DNA from: Octopus sinensis
Lineage: Eukaryota
Assembly: GCF_006345805.1 (NCBI RefSeq)
Contig: NC_043015.1
Location: 15,128,001-15,192,000, forward strand
Length of the DNA stretch: 64,000 nt
Reading direction: 5' to 3'
Shown here: piece after piece, positions 49,226-62,459 of the stretch
How the letters are laid out: each line of letters begins with the position of its first letter
Position numbering within the stretch: the stretch's first letter is position 1
Made by a program: the position numbers and the translations under genes
The notes under the pieces: model-generated
The model's input: the letters and a program-made list of their open reading frames with translations, nothing else
Databases searched by the model: none
What the model was told of the DNA's origin: nothing

Positions 49226-50285
49226 TATATTTTCCAATAGATTTATCTTTTGGTGGCAACATTATGGTGTTTCTTGGCGATTTTTGACCTTCATCTTACA
49301 GAAAGCCGGCAGAGCTGTTATTATCAATATAGGACATAATCTTTCAGTCTGGAACCGAGTGACAAAACTTATCATAAATATGCGACTGCAGAATTGAAGG
49401 GGTTTGACTGGAGTATTTTTAAACATCTGCATCTTCATGGCGAGACTGAAGCTGTAATTGGTGCTGAGGTTGTATAAAAAACAAAAACAAGATATGCTAA
49501 ATAATCTTTTATTTTCTATCTTTTACTTGTTTCAGTCATTAGACTGCGGCCATGCTGGGGTCATGCTGAATTTTTAGTCGAATCAATCGACCCCAATACT
49601 TATTTTTTTAAAAGCCTGGTAGTTATTCTATCAGTCTCTTTTGCTGAACAGCTAAGTTACGGGGATGCAAGCACAAGCACACCAACACCGGTTGTCAAGC
49701 GGTGGTGGTGGGACAAACACACACACACGACGGGCTTCTTTCAGTTTCCGTCCACTAAATCCACTCACAAGGCTTTGATCAGCCTCAGGAAGACATTTGC
49801 TCAAGATTCCATGCAGTGGGACTGAACCCAGAACCATGTAGTTAGGAAGCAAGCTTCTTGCTCCACACCCACTCTTTGAATATGCATTGGGCCCTCAAAA
49901 ATCCACCGGGTAATCATTACTAATTTCTTACTAATTCTGTTGTTGATTCTATTAAAATTCGGTCATGCGTGGCTATATTCTCAGAAGGCTTCCAAGTGAT
50001 AACAACGCTGACAGCCAGAGCAGACTATCCTGGATTAACGACCAGGATATAAAAGGTAGGAAATACTCCCGAAACACTGGATGCACAAAACAGATAAACT
50101 GCTTAGATGCGATAACCGATGTTGGTGCGCTTACTTCCCCGTAACTTAGTTGTTCGACAAAAGAGACCGATAGAATAAGTACTAGACTTATAAAAGAATA
50201 GGTCTTGGGGTCGATTCGTTCTCCTAAAAGCGGTGCTCCAGCATGGCCGCAGTCAAATGACTGAAACAGGTAAAAGAATTAAAAA

Positions 50286-50316
<31 letters not shown>

Positions 50317-50514
50317 CAAAATTTAGAGGACTGACCACTAAAAGTGGGCGGTCTATATGCTAAACATAGACGTCAAATCGCCATTACCACGAAGAATGTG
50401 TTCTCAAGAAGAATCTCAGCAAAAAATCAAAATGTAAAAATAAGCAAGACAAATGAAAAGCCACTGGTTTTAATTGATTAATATAAATTTCTACCCTTAT
50501 TTAATTATATATAT

Positions 50515-51070
50515 ACTAGCAGTATCGCCCGGCGTTGCTCGGGTTTGTAAGGGAAATAACTATATAAGCATTTTTAGAGAGTTATAGCCAAAAAATAGCA
50601 AAAAAAATGGAAAAAAAATTATGGTAAATTTTTTTTTAGATCGTTGACTCATCGTAGACATTTTCTGTTTTGGTGTCTTCAAGCCATGAAGTCGTTGTTC
50701 TAAAAGAACGCTGGTCTCCTTGACAACGCTTTACGACGTTGATTTCCTTACACTCCCTTCCTCACAGCTTCACGCGGGAGGGAAGAAGGGGGAGAAGCAA
50801 CACAGATGCAGGTGTGAGCGTGGACGCCAACTCCGCCGCCATCGACACACGAAAAATTATGCATTAAAATGGAATAAAAAATGATGTTAAATTATTTTTA
50901 AAATCGTAGACTCATCGTAGACGCGCGCTAATACCCAGACGGGCTCGATATGAATCACGACTATAAGATACCCGAATTTGGTTAAACTGCACCGCAAAAT
51001 GTGGGAGTAGTTAGGAATCTAAATCGAAGGGGACAGACACTCACACAACTACAGTTTTATATATATAGAT
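50515..51070. mobile_element. Non-autonomous Helitron/Helentron-like element
   Basis: ACTAG end followed by the subterminal hairpin CCCGGCGTTGCTCGGG; other end ACAGACACTCACAC...TTTTATATATATAGAT. This organisation resembles Lep1/HINE-type elements (from memory). Confidence 0.55.
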
Positions 51071-51416
51071 ATATATATTCTTTTTTTTTTATTCTTTTAC
51101 AATATAAGTGGAGGCGCAATGGCCCAGTGGTTAGGGCAGCGGACTTGCGGTTTTGATTCCCAGTCCGAACACGTAAAGCTCCACGAAGCCCCAGCTGGGG
51201 GTGGTAGCGAACCCTGCTGTACTCTTTCACCACAACCTATACTCTTTCTTCCTGTTTCTGTTGTACTTGTATTTCAAAGGGGCCAGCCTTGTCACACTCT
51301 GTTAAGTGTACACGTGTCTGTGGAGCGCTCAACCACTTACACGTTAATTTCACGAGCAGGCTGTCCCGTTGATCGGATCAGCTGGAATCCTCGTCGTCGC
51401 AACCGACGGAGTGCCA

Positions 51417-51473
<57 letters not shown>

Positions 51474-51513
51474 CTATATCGGAAGACATGATTACCTTTT
51501 ATCACAGGTGTTT

Positions 51514-51574
51514 ACCTACCTACCTACCTACCTACCTACCTACCTACCTACCTACCTACCTACCTGTCTGTTTG

Positions 51575-51645
<71 letters not shown>

Positions 51646-51726
51646 GTCAAACTACCTACCTGCCTACTACCTACCTACCTACCTACCTACCTACCTACCT
51701 ACCTACATACATACATACATACATAC
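51514..51726. repeat. Compound (CCTA)n-(TCTA)n-(CCTA)n-(CATA)n microsatellite
   Basis: Direct reading. Confidence 0.9.
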
Positions 51727-51929
51727 CTGTCAGCCCGTCCGTCCGTCTGCCTCTCTACTTGGACTGATAAATAAATAAGAGAACATTTATGTTTCTATTT
51801 GCGTATATTTTATACAGATATATGTGCATGCATATATTATCTTTTGCACATACATGTGCATGTGTGCATGTCTACTATTTGTGTATTTGTGTAAATAAGC
51901 GGCACCAGCACTCAGCACACTCTCAGCGT

Positions 51930-52170
51930 CACACACTGAACATAATTATGTTGGAATGATTAAGCGGCTCAAATAAACAAAAGTGAAAATCTGATTCATT
52001 GGTTGACACTCAGTATTCGCTCCCCCCGCTTCTTCACCTTTAAACCAATCCTTTGCTCCATTGCAAGCTTAAGTTCCACCTTGATTATGCTAGCTCCGCC
52101 CAATTTTTCATTGCCTTATCTGAATCGTTAGTGACTGTAATAACTCCGCCTACTTTTCATCAGTATAAAA
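51930..52170. promoter_or_regulatory. Candidate core promoter (CCAAT boxes, GC boxes, TATA-like, Inr-like)
   Basis: ATTGG ~51996, CCAAT ~52045 and ~52100, CTCCGCC twice (~52094, ~52144), TATAAAA ~52164, and TCAGTG on the - strand ~51938, all in non-repetitive sequence. Confidence 0.4.
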
Positions 52171-53893
52171 GCATCGCTCTGCCTTTAATACATGTCGACA
52201 TGCTACGCCTAGCATAGAGATGTCCCTTTTACTACATACTACTGTCTTGAAAAACGTACAGAAGAGTTTCAAAAGGAAAGGGTGGTCATGGTTGGGACGC
52301 TGTTAATCATATGATGCTCGGTCATGGTTAACCTGTGGTTAAATAACAACGAAACAAACTTTCAAACACATTACAGTTTTCGCGATACCTTTTATCCTTT
52401 ACTTGTTTCGTTCATTAATTACGGTCATGCTGGGGCTCTGTTTTGACAGGTTTAGCCGAACGAATGGGCCCCAGAACCTTTTTTTAAATAATCGTGTAAT
52501 GTATTTTCTTGTTCTCTTTTGCTAAAACCGTTAAGTCATGGGAGTGTAAACAAAGCAGCACCGGTTGTCATGTAGTGTGTGTGTGTGTGTGTGTGTGTGA
52601 CATAAACATAAAGGTACACACACACACATGTATGTCTGTATGTATGTAAATATACATACATACGTATATCATATATATTATCACGGTATCACGATATCGA
52701 CCAGACTACCGGATGTTATACATCGCTGGTCACAATGCGCTTGGCATCGTTTTAGCTTTCGAATGATTATACCTCACTGGCTAGGCGAGCAGGCCAACGT
52801 CCTCTCAGATCCGTCGTAGGGTTATCCATTTACAATTACATATATATATATGATATAATATAATCATTCAACTACTACCATAGTTGAATAATATTCTTAT
52901 GGCCACAATTTACTCACACACAGCATCTTTCAGAGTTTGTCACTAATTCAGTTCTCAATCGAATTGAAAACTGTTAACATTTTTGAAGAGGACTGTTCCT
53001 TAGCTACATTTTGGCATTAAAAAATCGAGATTTGATTCTGTAGAAAAAAGTTTACATCAAAATTTGTAGCAATGTTATAGGAGAGTAAGTAACACCACCA
53101 ATCAAGTTTACATCAAAATAGCTTTTTTTTTTTTTAATTTTAAAGTAAGATATATTTACCTTAGCTTCAATGATAGAAGAAAGCATGAAGAATTTCATAG
53201 TTTTGATAACATGCAACAGAACTTTGCATCAAAAAAGTTGTGAGGTAAAATATCACGAAAAAAAAAAATATATATATAAGGCAAAAAAATTGGATTTAAG
53301 TATAATTAACTTTTATCTTAAATAAGCTTAAATGATAGAGCTCGATTCGAGAAATTTCATGGTATCAATCTCATGAAAGGAAGTTTTAAAAGAAAAAAGT
53401 TATGAGTGTTTCTCAAATTTAAGGGTGATAATATAGTTCTATACTTTTTTAATGAATATAAGGGGACTTGTCCTATAATTTTCCAGGTTTATAATCTAAA
53501 GTATATCATTTCTCTTGCTTGCATTTCCATTTTCCATGTAGTATTATATTATATTATATTATATTATATACATGTGTGTGTGTATGTATGAATGCATGTG
53601 CGTATATTTTGTGTGTGTGTGTGTGTGTACACATGCATATATACATACACACATATATACATGAGGTATTCCTTTCTCGTTCTCTCTTTAAGATGGGCCC
53701 ATCATATCTGACATTTTCCTCTTGTCCAAGATACCTAAAATTATCACCTGAATGTAGGGGTTGTATTGTCAAGCTGTTCACTTTTAGGTTTTCAGAGGAG
53801 GGAACAATCTTTTCTTGTATATATGCATGTATGTATGTATGTATGTATGTATGTATGTATGTATGTATGTATGTATGTATGTATGTATGTATG

Positions 53894-53925
<32 letters not shown>

Positions 53926-54129
53926 CATGCGTGTATAATTTCTCTGAATTTAAGTTCTTCTCGAGCGGATCCGAGTCGTTTGCTAACAAGGCAACAAGAT
54001 CTTTTGAGTTTCTAACCTAGATCCACGTCTCCTTCATTGGAATTTCAACATCAACAGACCATTTTTGCCTGTATGTGCAGAATGGTAAGTTTTGTTTTAT
54101 GTATGTATCCTTATGCATATAATTGCAAG

Positions 54130-54440
54130 TCTGGACATGTGAATATATATACATAAATGATAACCTTCTGGAAAGTTTTATACATTTTTACATTGGCTTG
54201 TATCTTGTAGTCTTCGAATCAACTTTCATCTTTCTGATTTTGAGAAACCTAATTTCTCGGGATTGGTATTTAGGCAGTGTGTTACATATCCCAGTGTTCC
54301 AATAATTACAGATATATACCCAAACTTGTAATCTGGTAGAGTAACTTTAGATTTCTCAATAGTTCAGCGTAGATATTTTTCTCTTTCGTTGATCTTTAGC
54401 CTTATGTAACCTCCTGTATGTATTTGGCATACGAGATGAA
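54130..54440 (-). mobile_element. RLE-type LINE 3' fragment, same family as 40500-41100
   Basis: Broken ENIYAELLRNL..PDYKFGYISVIIGTLGYVTHC translation. Confidence 0.6.
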
Positions 54441-54668
54441 ATATATTGTGATATATATTGGAGGCCAATTTGATAATATCAAAGTTTTAAAATACCAGGC
54501 GTCCCCCAATATTCCTTCTCATCTTTATTTTAAATCAGTGATTGTTGATAAAATCCTTTATGTCTCTCTAGTCATCTTAGATCTATAGGAACAATAAAGA
54601 TTTTGATTCGCTGATAAGGTCTAATAAGACTGGAGTTATCAACGTACTACAAAACATCAATCACAATA

Positions 54669-55020
54669 CACACATATCCTCGAGTATAATCCGCATTTTC
54701 CCCCCAAGATTTAATGGTCAAAATCCCTAGTGCGTACTATATACAAGGTTAAAAATGAAAATTATTTTCTAAGAAATGTCCGAGTCTCTATTTGCTGTCC
54801 AGCAATGTTTATTCAGACGCATTTTGTGATGTCGGGTGCGAAAATACCTTAAGCTAAGCCAGAAAGCAATGAAGTCATAAAAGTATCATCCATAACTTGC
54901 AGTAAGCAACATTTATTAAACGTTATTACTGTTATTTCTTTATTTTCTGCGGACAAAATGCAAAAAAAAAAGCTACACGTTTGCATTATGTTATATACAC
55001 CTGAGCACTGTATACAATAA

Positions 55021-55053
<33 letters not shown>

Positions 55054-56347
55054 TTTTTTTTTTCTTCTTTCAAATTTTCTTCCATTTCTTGCCGAGTGTC
55101 TTCCCGACTCCTAGGGCAAAGAAACTCATAGTGTATATTGGTAGGCCATTAAACCAAACTCAGTAGTTCGTTCATTTTTTTTTTTTTTTTTTTTAAGTTA
55201 AATTAAAATACATGAGCAGCAACAGTTCTTACATCGACAATGTTCTTCTCAATACGTGTGATGTACCAGTTAAGACAATCTTTTGCTCTTCTTGCAGGGA
55301 TGGTAAGCCAGGGATCATTCTCATATAATTTTCGGTTCCCTTCTTGATCATTCCTAGTACTCCTCCTATGATCACTGGTATTGTAACCGCCTTGAGATGC
55401 CACATTTTCTCAATTTCAATGAGTAGGTCTTTATATTTTCTGAGCTTGTCAAACTCTTTCGCTGAGATATTATGATCACAGGGGATGCTCATGTCGATCA
55501 ATAAGCAAACTTTATTGTTTTGGTCTTTCACAACAATATCTGGTTTATTGGCCTTGATGGTTCGGTCTGTATGTACTGGAAAGTCCCACAGAATGGTTAC
55601 ATTTTCTCGTTCAGTTACAGCCTCAGGTGGTGATTATACCACTTGTCGGCAGTTTTGATATTGTAATGCCGACTTATTAGCCAGTGGAGATATTGGCCAA
55701 CTCTGTCATGTCTTAATTTATACTCCACTGGTGCTAAGACTTTACATCCAGAGATTAGGTGGTCCACTGTTTCAATCATGTCGTTGCAGAATCGGCATTT
55801 TGGGTCTGCTCCATTTTTCATCACATTGGCCTGGTAGTTCCGGGTTAATAGGCTTTGTCTTGAGCAGCCAGGATGAAACCTTCGCTCTCGCTTTAGCCCT
55901 GAGCTCCGCAGCCACTGATGGGTTTGCTTCTGGTCAACATCAGCTTGTTTGCTGCGGGTCACATATTTGCCGTGCAGAGGTTTCTCCTCCCACCTATCAG
56001 CCAATTGCTCGTGCGCTTTTTTCATTGCCATCATTTTCACCTTCTTTGCAACAATAGTTGCCGTACTTCCCTCGGTTGTTCAGTTTGGGTATCCTGCACG
56101 AGATCAATAGCAAATTTTTTGCTTTCCTTGATGATAGAATGAAGCTTCTTTCGTCTCTCGTGATTTTCCACGAGCTTTAGCATCCAGTCATTCGATATTT
56201 CGAGATATTTGGCCAGTCCAATTGTGGTTGTTTTGTAAGCTAGTTCAAATTGGATCAGGCCTCGACCTCCTTGGGCTCTGGGAAGGTAAAGGCGATCTAC
56301 GTCTGCCTTTAGGTGGTGCATCCTATTACAACTCAGCAGCTTGCGTA

Positions 56348-56424
<77 letters not shown>

Positions 56425-56628
56425 GAAACTATTGAACATATACAATAATAATAAAGGACGATACCGTATACAGTTTTACAAACCAAGGACATTATATAGA
56501 CCTCCTTGACTCAAGTTAGAGAAGGGGTACGTATTATACACAAGGTTTAGGTTTTTCAGAGTTACAGCCCCCTAAAAATCCCCTGCGTATTATACGTTGG
56601 GGAGGGGACTATACTCGAAGATTTACGG
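54669..56628. mobile_element. Tc2/pogo-like MITE hosting nested retroelements
   Basis: Right end GACTATACTCGAAGATTTACGG|TA (TA + CCGTA-type TIR); degenerate left end TA|CACACATATCCTCGAGTATAATCCGC. Confidence 0.6.
55053..56350 (-). mobile_element. 5'-truncated R4/Dong-clade LINE embedded in (TAA)n
   Basis: ADVDRLYLPRAQGGRGL, LHGKY, CRFC..ETVDHLISGC zinc knuckle, RHD, KPDIVV..LIDMSIP..KLRKY endonuclease; two or more frameshifts. TAA/TTA repeats lie on both sides (55023-52, 56351-424). Confidence 0.88.
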
Positions 56629-57811
56629 TATGTGTGTGAGTGTGTGTGCGCGCGCGTATACATACATTCATTGATACATACCTACAAATACACGCACATT
56701 AAAAATATATGCTTAAGATTAAGTACATTTATAAACACAAAAAAAAAAAAAGAAAAACCCCACAAATCATCTCTGGGATGTGAAAAATATATCAGCGAAA
56801 TAACGTTCGATTGCAATAGCCATTGCACCACAGCGACCCAGGGCTCACTGTTACTGAATTTAGCCAAAGGAGTGGCTACCATTGTTTACCTCCGTCTGTA
56901 TCACACAAACGTCGTAGGAATTTATGATAGCCTCTTAACCACCAGCAGAGAGGCTGTTCTCGCGTTGTCAACATGGGCTAGTCACACAGCGGGGACTGAA
57001 ATGATCCCAGGTTATAAATGCGTAATATAATATATAAATGTTTAAGATTTAAGTGCATTCACAAGCACAGCAGAAACTGTTAAAAAAGTGGACAAGATCG
57101 CTTATCCATGAGCACTACACACACACACACACACGTGTAGGAGACAGGGGTGCATGTAGTGATCATAGATTGAAAAGTCAAAAATAAGTCAATACATAAA
57201 TAAATTATCATTAATTTACTATAGTACTCCGGGCATAACGAATGCTGCCAATTTCAAAAACAGCAGACTACCTGTGTATAAGGTAGTTTTAACTGTTAGA
57301 ATACGTATTTTTTGTGCACAAGTCAGGCGCTGGGACCCTCTACCCTAATATTTTTGCTGGGTATGCTTTAAATCTTTCTTGATTTAGTGGGAATTTATCC
57401 ATCTACATCTGTTGTTATAGCACGCATTTTTATCAGAAAAATACTGAGAAAATATATTTCGACAAATGGAGTAATATATATTTAGTCTTGTTCTAAAACG
57501 ATTTTGAAGTGAACTCACAAGAAAGAACACGAGTCCGATAACTAAAGTTTCGGTTTCACATAGCATCAAGAATCCAGGTAAAACATGTGCAATCTCTTTG
57601 TCAACCAACAAGTAGCATTCTTTTTCTTAGTACAATACTAAACCTTTTTTTATTGCGTATTTGCATGGTATGAGGTAAGAAGTTTGCTTCCCCTCCATAT
57701 GGTTCCCACTTCAGTCCCACCGTATGTAACCTTGGGCTAGTATCTTCTGCTATAACTTTAGGCCGACCAAAGCCTTGTGAGTGGATTTGGTAATCGGAAA
57801 TACACACACAA

Positions 57812-57847
<36 letters not shown>

Positions 57848-58234
57848 CACACACACACACACACATACAGCGTAATGTTTGATGGCTGTTCTATGAAGTA
57901 ACAGTAAGTGGTATCAAACATTACTATTTAGTAGTTATTATGTGAATATCTTTCAGAAATTTTAAAATCAGCTATTTTAGCTTGTTATACACACACACAC
58001 ACACATATATTTCGGAGATGTACTTGCATAGCAAGTGACCTGATCTGGAACGAAAACAATTGCAGCGTGGTAAGTGTTTATAAGCCATTTAAACAAACGT
58101 ACAAAATCCGTTAGATTCACTTCAACATTTAAATTTAATTTGTCAAAATATTTTCGTCGCTTTGAAACCGCGACCTGTTAAATGGCTTATAAACACCTTC
58201 CACGGTGCAATTCTATACACATACACACACACGC

Positions 58235-58442
58235 ACACACGCGCGCACGCACACACGCGCGCACGCACACACGCGCGCACGCACACACGCGCGCACGCAC
58301 ACACGCGCGCACGCACACACGCGCGCACGCACACACGCGCGCACGCACACACGCGCGCACGCACACACGCGCGCACGCACACACGCGCGCACGCACACAC
58401 GCGCGCACGCACACACGCACGCACGCACACACGCGCGCACGC
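58235..58442. repeat. 16-bp minisatellite (ACACACGCGCGCACGC) x13
   Basis: 12 identical units plus one single-substitution variant (58411-26). Confidence 0.92.
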
Positions 58443-58972
58443 ACACACACACACACACACACACCACACACACACACACAATGGAGTTAAACGCAGGTGT
58501 TATTTAAATTCTTTTACTTCCGACACATGTTTCGAAGATGTCACTGGTATTATTCCAAAGGAATAAAATGGTGTAAAACAATGTAATCTTCTTTTCAGGG
58601 AAATGAAGAAATGAAACTCGTCAATAAGACATTTTAACAGAAAATGATGGATATATATAGTGATTAACTGAACGCTATTAAGTTTGTTTAAAAAAAAAAC
58701 GTTTGCAGATATAACGTCAAAGGTAGTCTATAGAAAGAGAAGGGGTAAAGGAAAGAAAAATATCAAATAAATGAGAAGTATATAATTATATGTATATTAA
58801 ATAAAACCATATAGACTTGGAAAAAATATATATAGTAAATGTGAAATGTTAGAAGAAAATTTATGTTTAAATTATATATAATGATAAATATCATTTATAT
58901 GAACTGAAGGTGTGTTTCTGCCAATGTTTACATCGGTATGCACGCTCTATAACCGTGTTTACAAAGGGATGT

Positions 58973-59281
58973 TTAGAAAAAAAAAAAAAAAAACAATTCA
59001 GAATTACAGAGAAGACAGAATTCCTTGCCTTTATCATAAGGTATCGAGATTGAGAGAATCAACCAATCTAAATTAAATTGTTTATTGTGGTCTTTTAGAT
59101 AACAAATTAATTTACTAAGCCCTGTACTGTTACATTTATTCCTATCCCTAAATGTAGAGTAATGATTAGAAATTCTATTAGATAACTGAGAAGATGAGCT
59201 GCCTATATAAAAAAATATTTCATTACCAGAAGTAATTTTACACTGGTATATAGAATTTTTAATTTTAGAGTTACTTGACAT
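58973..59281 (-). mobile_element. Penelope-like element GIY-YIG endonuclease fragment
   Basis: SIYQCKI..FYIGSS..RISNHYSTF..STGLSK..LDW.IL..YDKG..CLLCNSE. Confidence 0.85.
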
Positions 59282-59390
59282 AAACTTGATTCTGTTGCAA
59301 TTGACTTCAGATACAATAACAGGAGTTTCTACCCTGGAAACTATTTATCTATTTTTTCCGTGTTAATTGTTAACAAGGGGAAAATACACA

Positions 59391-59460
<70 letters not shown>

Positions 59461-60264
59461 CCTATCTATGAGTGTTTTTTCTCTTGTCTGTGTTTGTCTC
59501 TCAACCGGCGGTGGTGTGTTTACGTCCCCGTAACTTGGCGCTTCGGCAAAAGAGACCGATAGAATAAGTACTAGGCTTTAAAAAAAATAAGTCCTAGTGT
59601 CGATTTGTTCGACTAAAACCGTTGAAGGCTGTGTTCCAGCATGGCCGCTGTCAAACAACTGAAACAAGTAAAAGGTAAAAGATTTAAAAAACGCATGGGT
59701 ACATTAGACGCGCCCCCAATTTCAGCAACTCATATTCAGTATAGATGTTTTAGCGCAAGGCCTAAATTCGCATGTTGGAGACGGGGATGTTTTCTTTTTC
59801 TCTGAGACATTTTTCTATATGCCATCGAGTACGGTATGTCGATATATTGACATGATCTCAGAAACGCGATAAATTTGAATTAAATGCTGGTGATTTAATT
59901 TCTTTTGGTTGTGTCAGAAAATAATAAAAGTAATCTACATGATGCCTAATTAGAAGTACTTATTTTGAAATCGAGGATCTTGTTAAATTTCTTCCAACCA
60001 CTTGAGGAATTTCAATTTTCTCTGATTGTTTTCAAATTTTCTAAACTGATGTACTTTTGCATGCTGGTAACAAGAAATTAATGAAAAATAAGTTACAAAC
60101 ATTTAAAGTTAGGTAAATATAGCCATTCGGACAACTCCATTCACCAACACGGTTATCAAACGGTTACAGGGGACAAACACAGACAGAAAGACACACAAGA
60201 TATATATATATATATATATATAATATATATATATATATATGAGAACAGGGTGTACGTACGCCGC

Positions 60265-60367
<103 letters not shown>

Positions 60368-60541
60368 AATACAAAATGGGACAAGAATGCAAAACATCCG
60401 GACAACCAGGTGATACAAAAAGGGACAACAAAACATCCAGACAGACGATACAAAGAAAACAAGGACGGGTCATTCGAAGTCCTCTATTCTCAGTCAAGCA
60501 CCAGATTATCCTCGCAATTTCAGCTGATTATATATATATAT

Positions 60542-60574
<33 letters not shown>

Positions 60575-62338
60575 TATATACACACATACATACATACATA
60601 CACATATATATATATATATATGTATATATATATTAATATATACATACACAAATTCACATAGATATATAGATAGCTATGACGGGCTTCTTTCAGTTTCCGT
60701 CTACCAAATCCACTCACAAAGCTTTGATTGGCCTATAGTAAAAAACACTGGCCCAAGGTACCAAGCAGTGGGATTGAACTCGGAACCATGTGGTTGGTTT
60801 CTCAAAAATAAAAGAAAATGAACACGATTTTCGTCATCAAAAAGTAAATCTACATCAAAAGGACATCTTTAGGTGAAAATTTAGCTAACATTTAGGTGAA
60901 AATTTGAGAAAATTTTAGTGGTTGTAAGAATTTTAACATGATCCAAAATCTATATAAAGAAATGGTCTTCGAAAATACGAGACAAGAAACTTATCTTGTA
61001 TTTTCAATGAGTACACGTGGTGCAATGTGCTATCCTTCAGAAGGGTCGAGCTGTTTATACTTCACATATTCCTTATACCTGCGACTTTCCACTAAATCAA
61101 TTAATATTCTTTGATGATGACTTAACATTATATTTAAGTGTAGCTGGACATTTGTAGGTCATGGCACTTTAAGTTTCCTTACTAGAAATTATTCATTTGA
61201 AAGTTGGTGAATATCGGAAGAAGTTTTCTATGTAAATATCTTAGAGTGAGAGGAAGTATGTCTATTCTACCCCTGATTGTGAAAGGTAGTAAAAAATAAA
61301 AAAAACAAAAAAGCAAAAAGAACAACAATTAATGAATAGATGAAATTGTTGATAGTTCAAACTTTAGTACTCGAGATGGTAGGATCAGTTCAACTTTTGA
61401 CCTTAGTAAATTGCATACATAAACACATCTGAACATATTCAGGTCTTCTGCCCTACCAGTGTTTACAACAGCTCTCAGCTAACCTGCTCATACCGACCCC
61501 TCTCAGCTGCTTCTAAACTCGAGCATATCAGACGTTGATCAATGTTTGTTTCTGGTAGCTAGCACTCTTTATCACTTGTCTACTTTAGTAAATGGCAAAT
61601 CAAAACAAAAAGAGAAAGAACTGAAGAATGAAGAAAAGAAGGAAGGAAAATTATCAACAAAGGCAAATGACTTTCTTTCTTTAACTTGTTGCACTCTTTT
61701 TTTCTGTCGTCTTCACATTTAAGAGCTGATAACTGTCAAGTGCAGAATGGTGAGTGATTACCTCAACAAACAGAAAACATTGGCCAATCAACATGACACC
61801 TTGCCAAGGAAACTAACACGAAACGAAGACGTCAGTCTCGGTAGAGCTACAGGCTAGAAGCTATTATGGTGTTGTCAACATGGTTCTAAAGATATGCAAA
61901 GCAAGTGTGACAACCATCGACATACATCTAAACGTAAAACGTCTGTGATGGACATTCAGTCATTTTACCTTCTCTGAACATTAACAATGAAACGTTCACT
62001 CCCTTAACTCTAGATCTGCGCTTTCCTACCACTTGAGTTTGTTTAAATTTAGGTTGTTTGTACATGTTGTCGTCAGGTGGGGTGTAACTACGTGTGTGAG
62101 GGCCGAGTAGAAAGGTATGTAATTGTATGATAGCACACATTTTGGTAAGTACAGGCTACCATACTTGAGGTGATGAGTCGAAAATAATTCTTTAATTAAT
62201 CGAAACTGTAACTCTAATGAGGTAAAAAGTTATTAAGGTTAAGGAAAATTTATTCTCAGACGGAGTTAGATGGAGAATTCCCGAAATTCAATCAGCTAAA
62301 AATTAATTTCAGTGGAAATATGCAGAGAGGTAAGGGAG

Positions 62339-62459
<121 letters not shown>

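Noticed and set aside
52189-52202. CATGTCGACATG palindrome as a p53 site
   Set aside because: The CATG cores are 8 bp apart, not the 10 bp required for tandem RRRCWWGYYY half-sites.
58235-58442. CRISPR-like or other prokaryotic array
   Set aside because: The repeats are contiguous with no spacers, in a eukaryotic context; no CRISPR array or rRNA gene was seen anywhere in the window.
58143-58566. Six overlapping ORFs (HTRA/CVRA repeats)
   Set aside because: Artefacts of a stop-free 16-bp minisatellite. The same applies to the YI/HT/LS/RE-repeat ORFs at 11295-12157, 38385-38708, 53519-54020, 60109-60717 and 62292-62539.
61000-62230. Non-repetitive stretch that might be a decayed transposase or regulatory region
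   Set aside because: No convincing motif in any frame; left unannotated.
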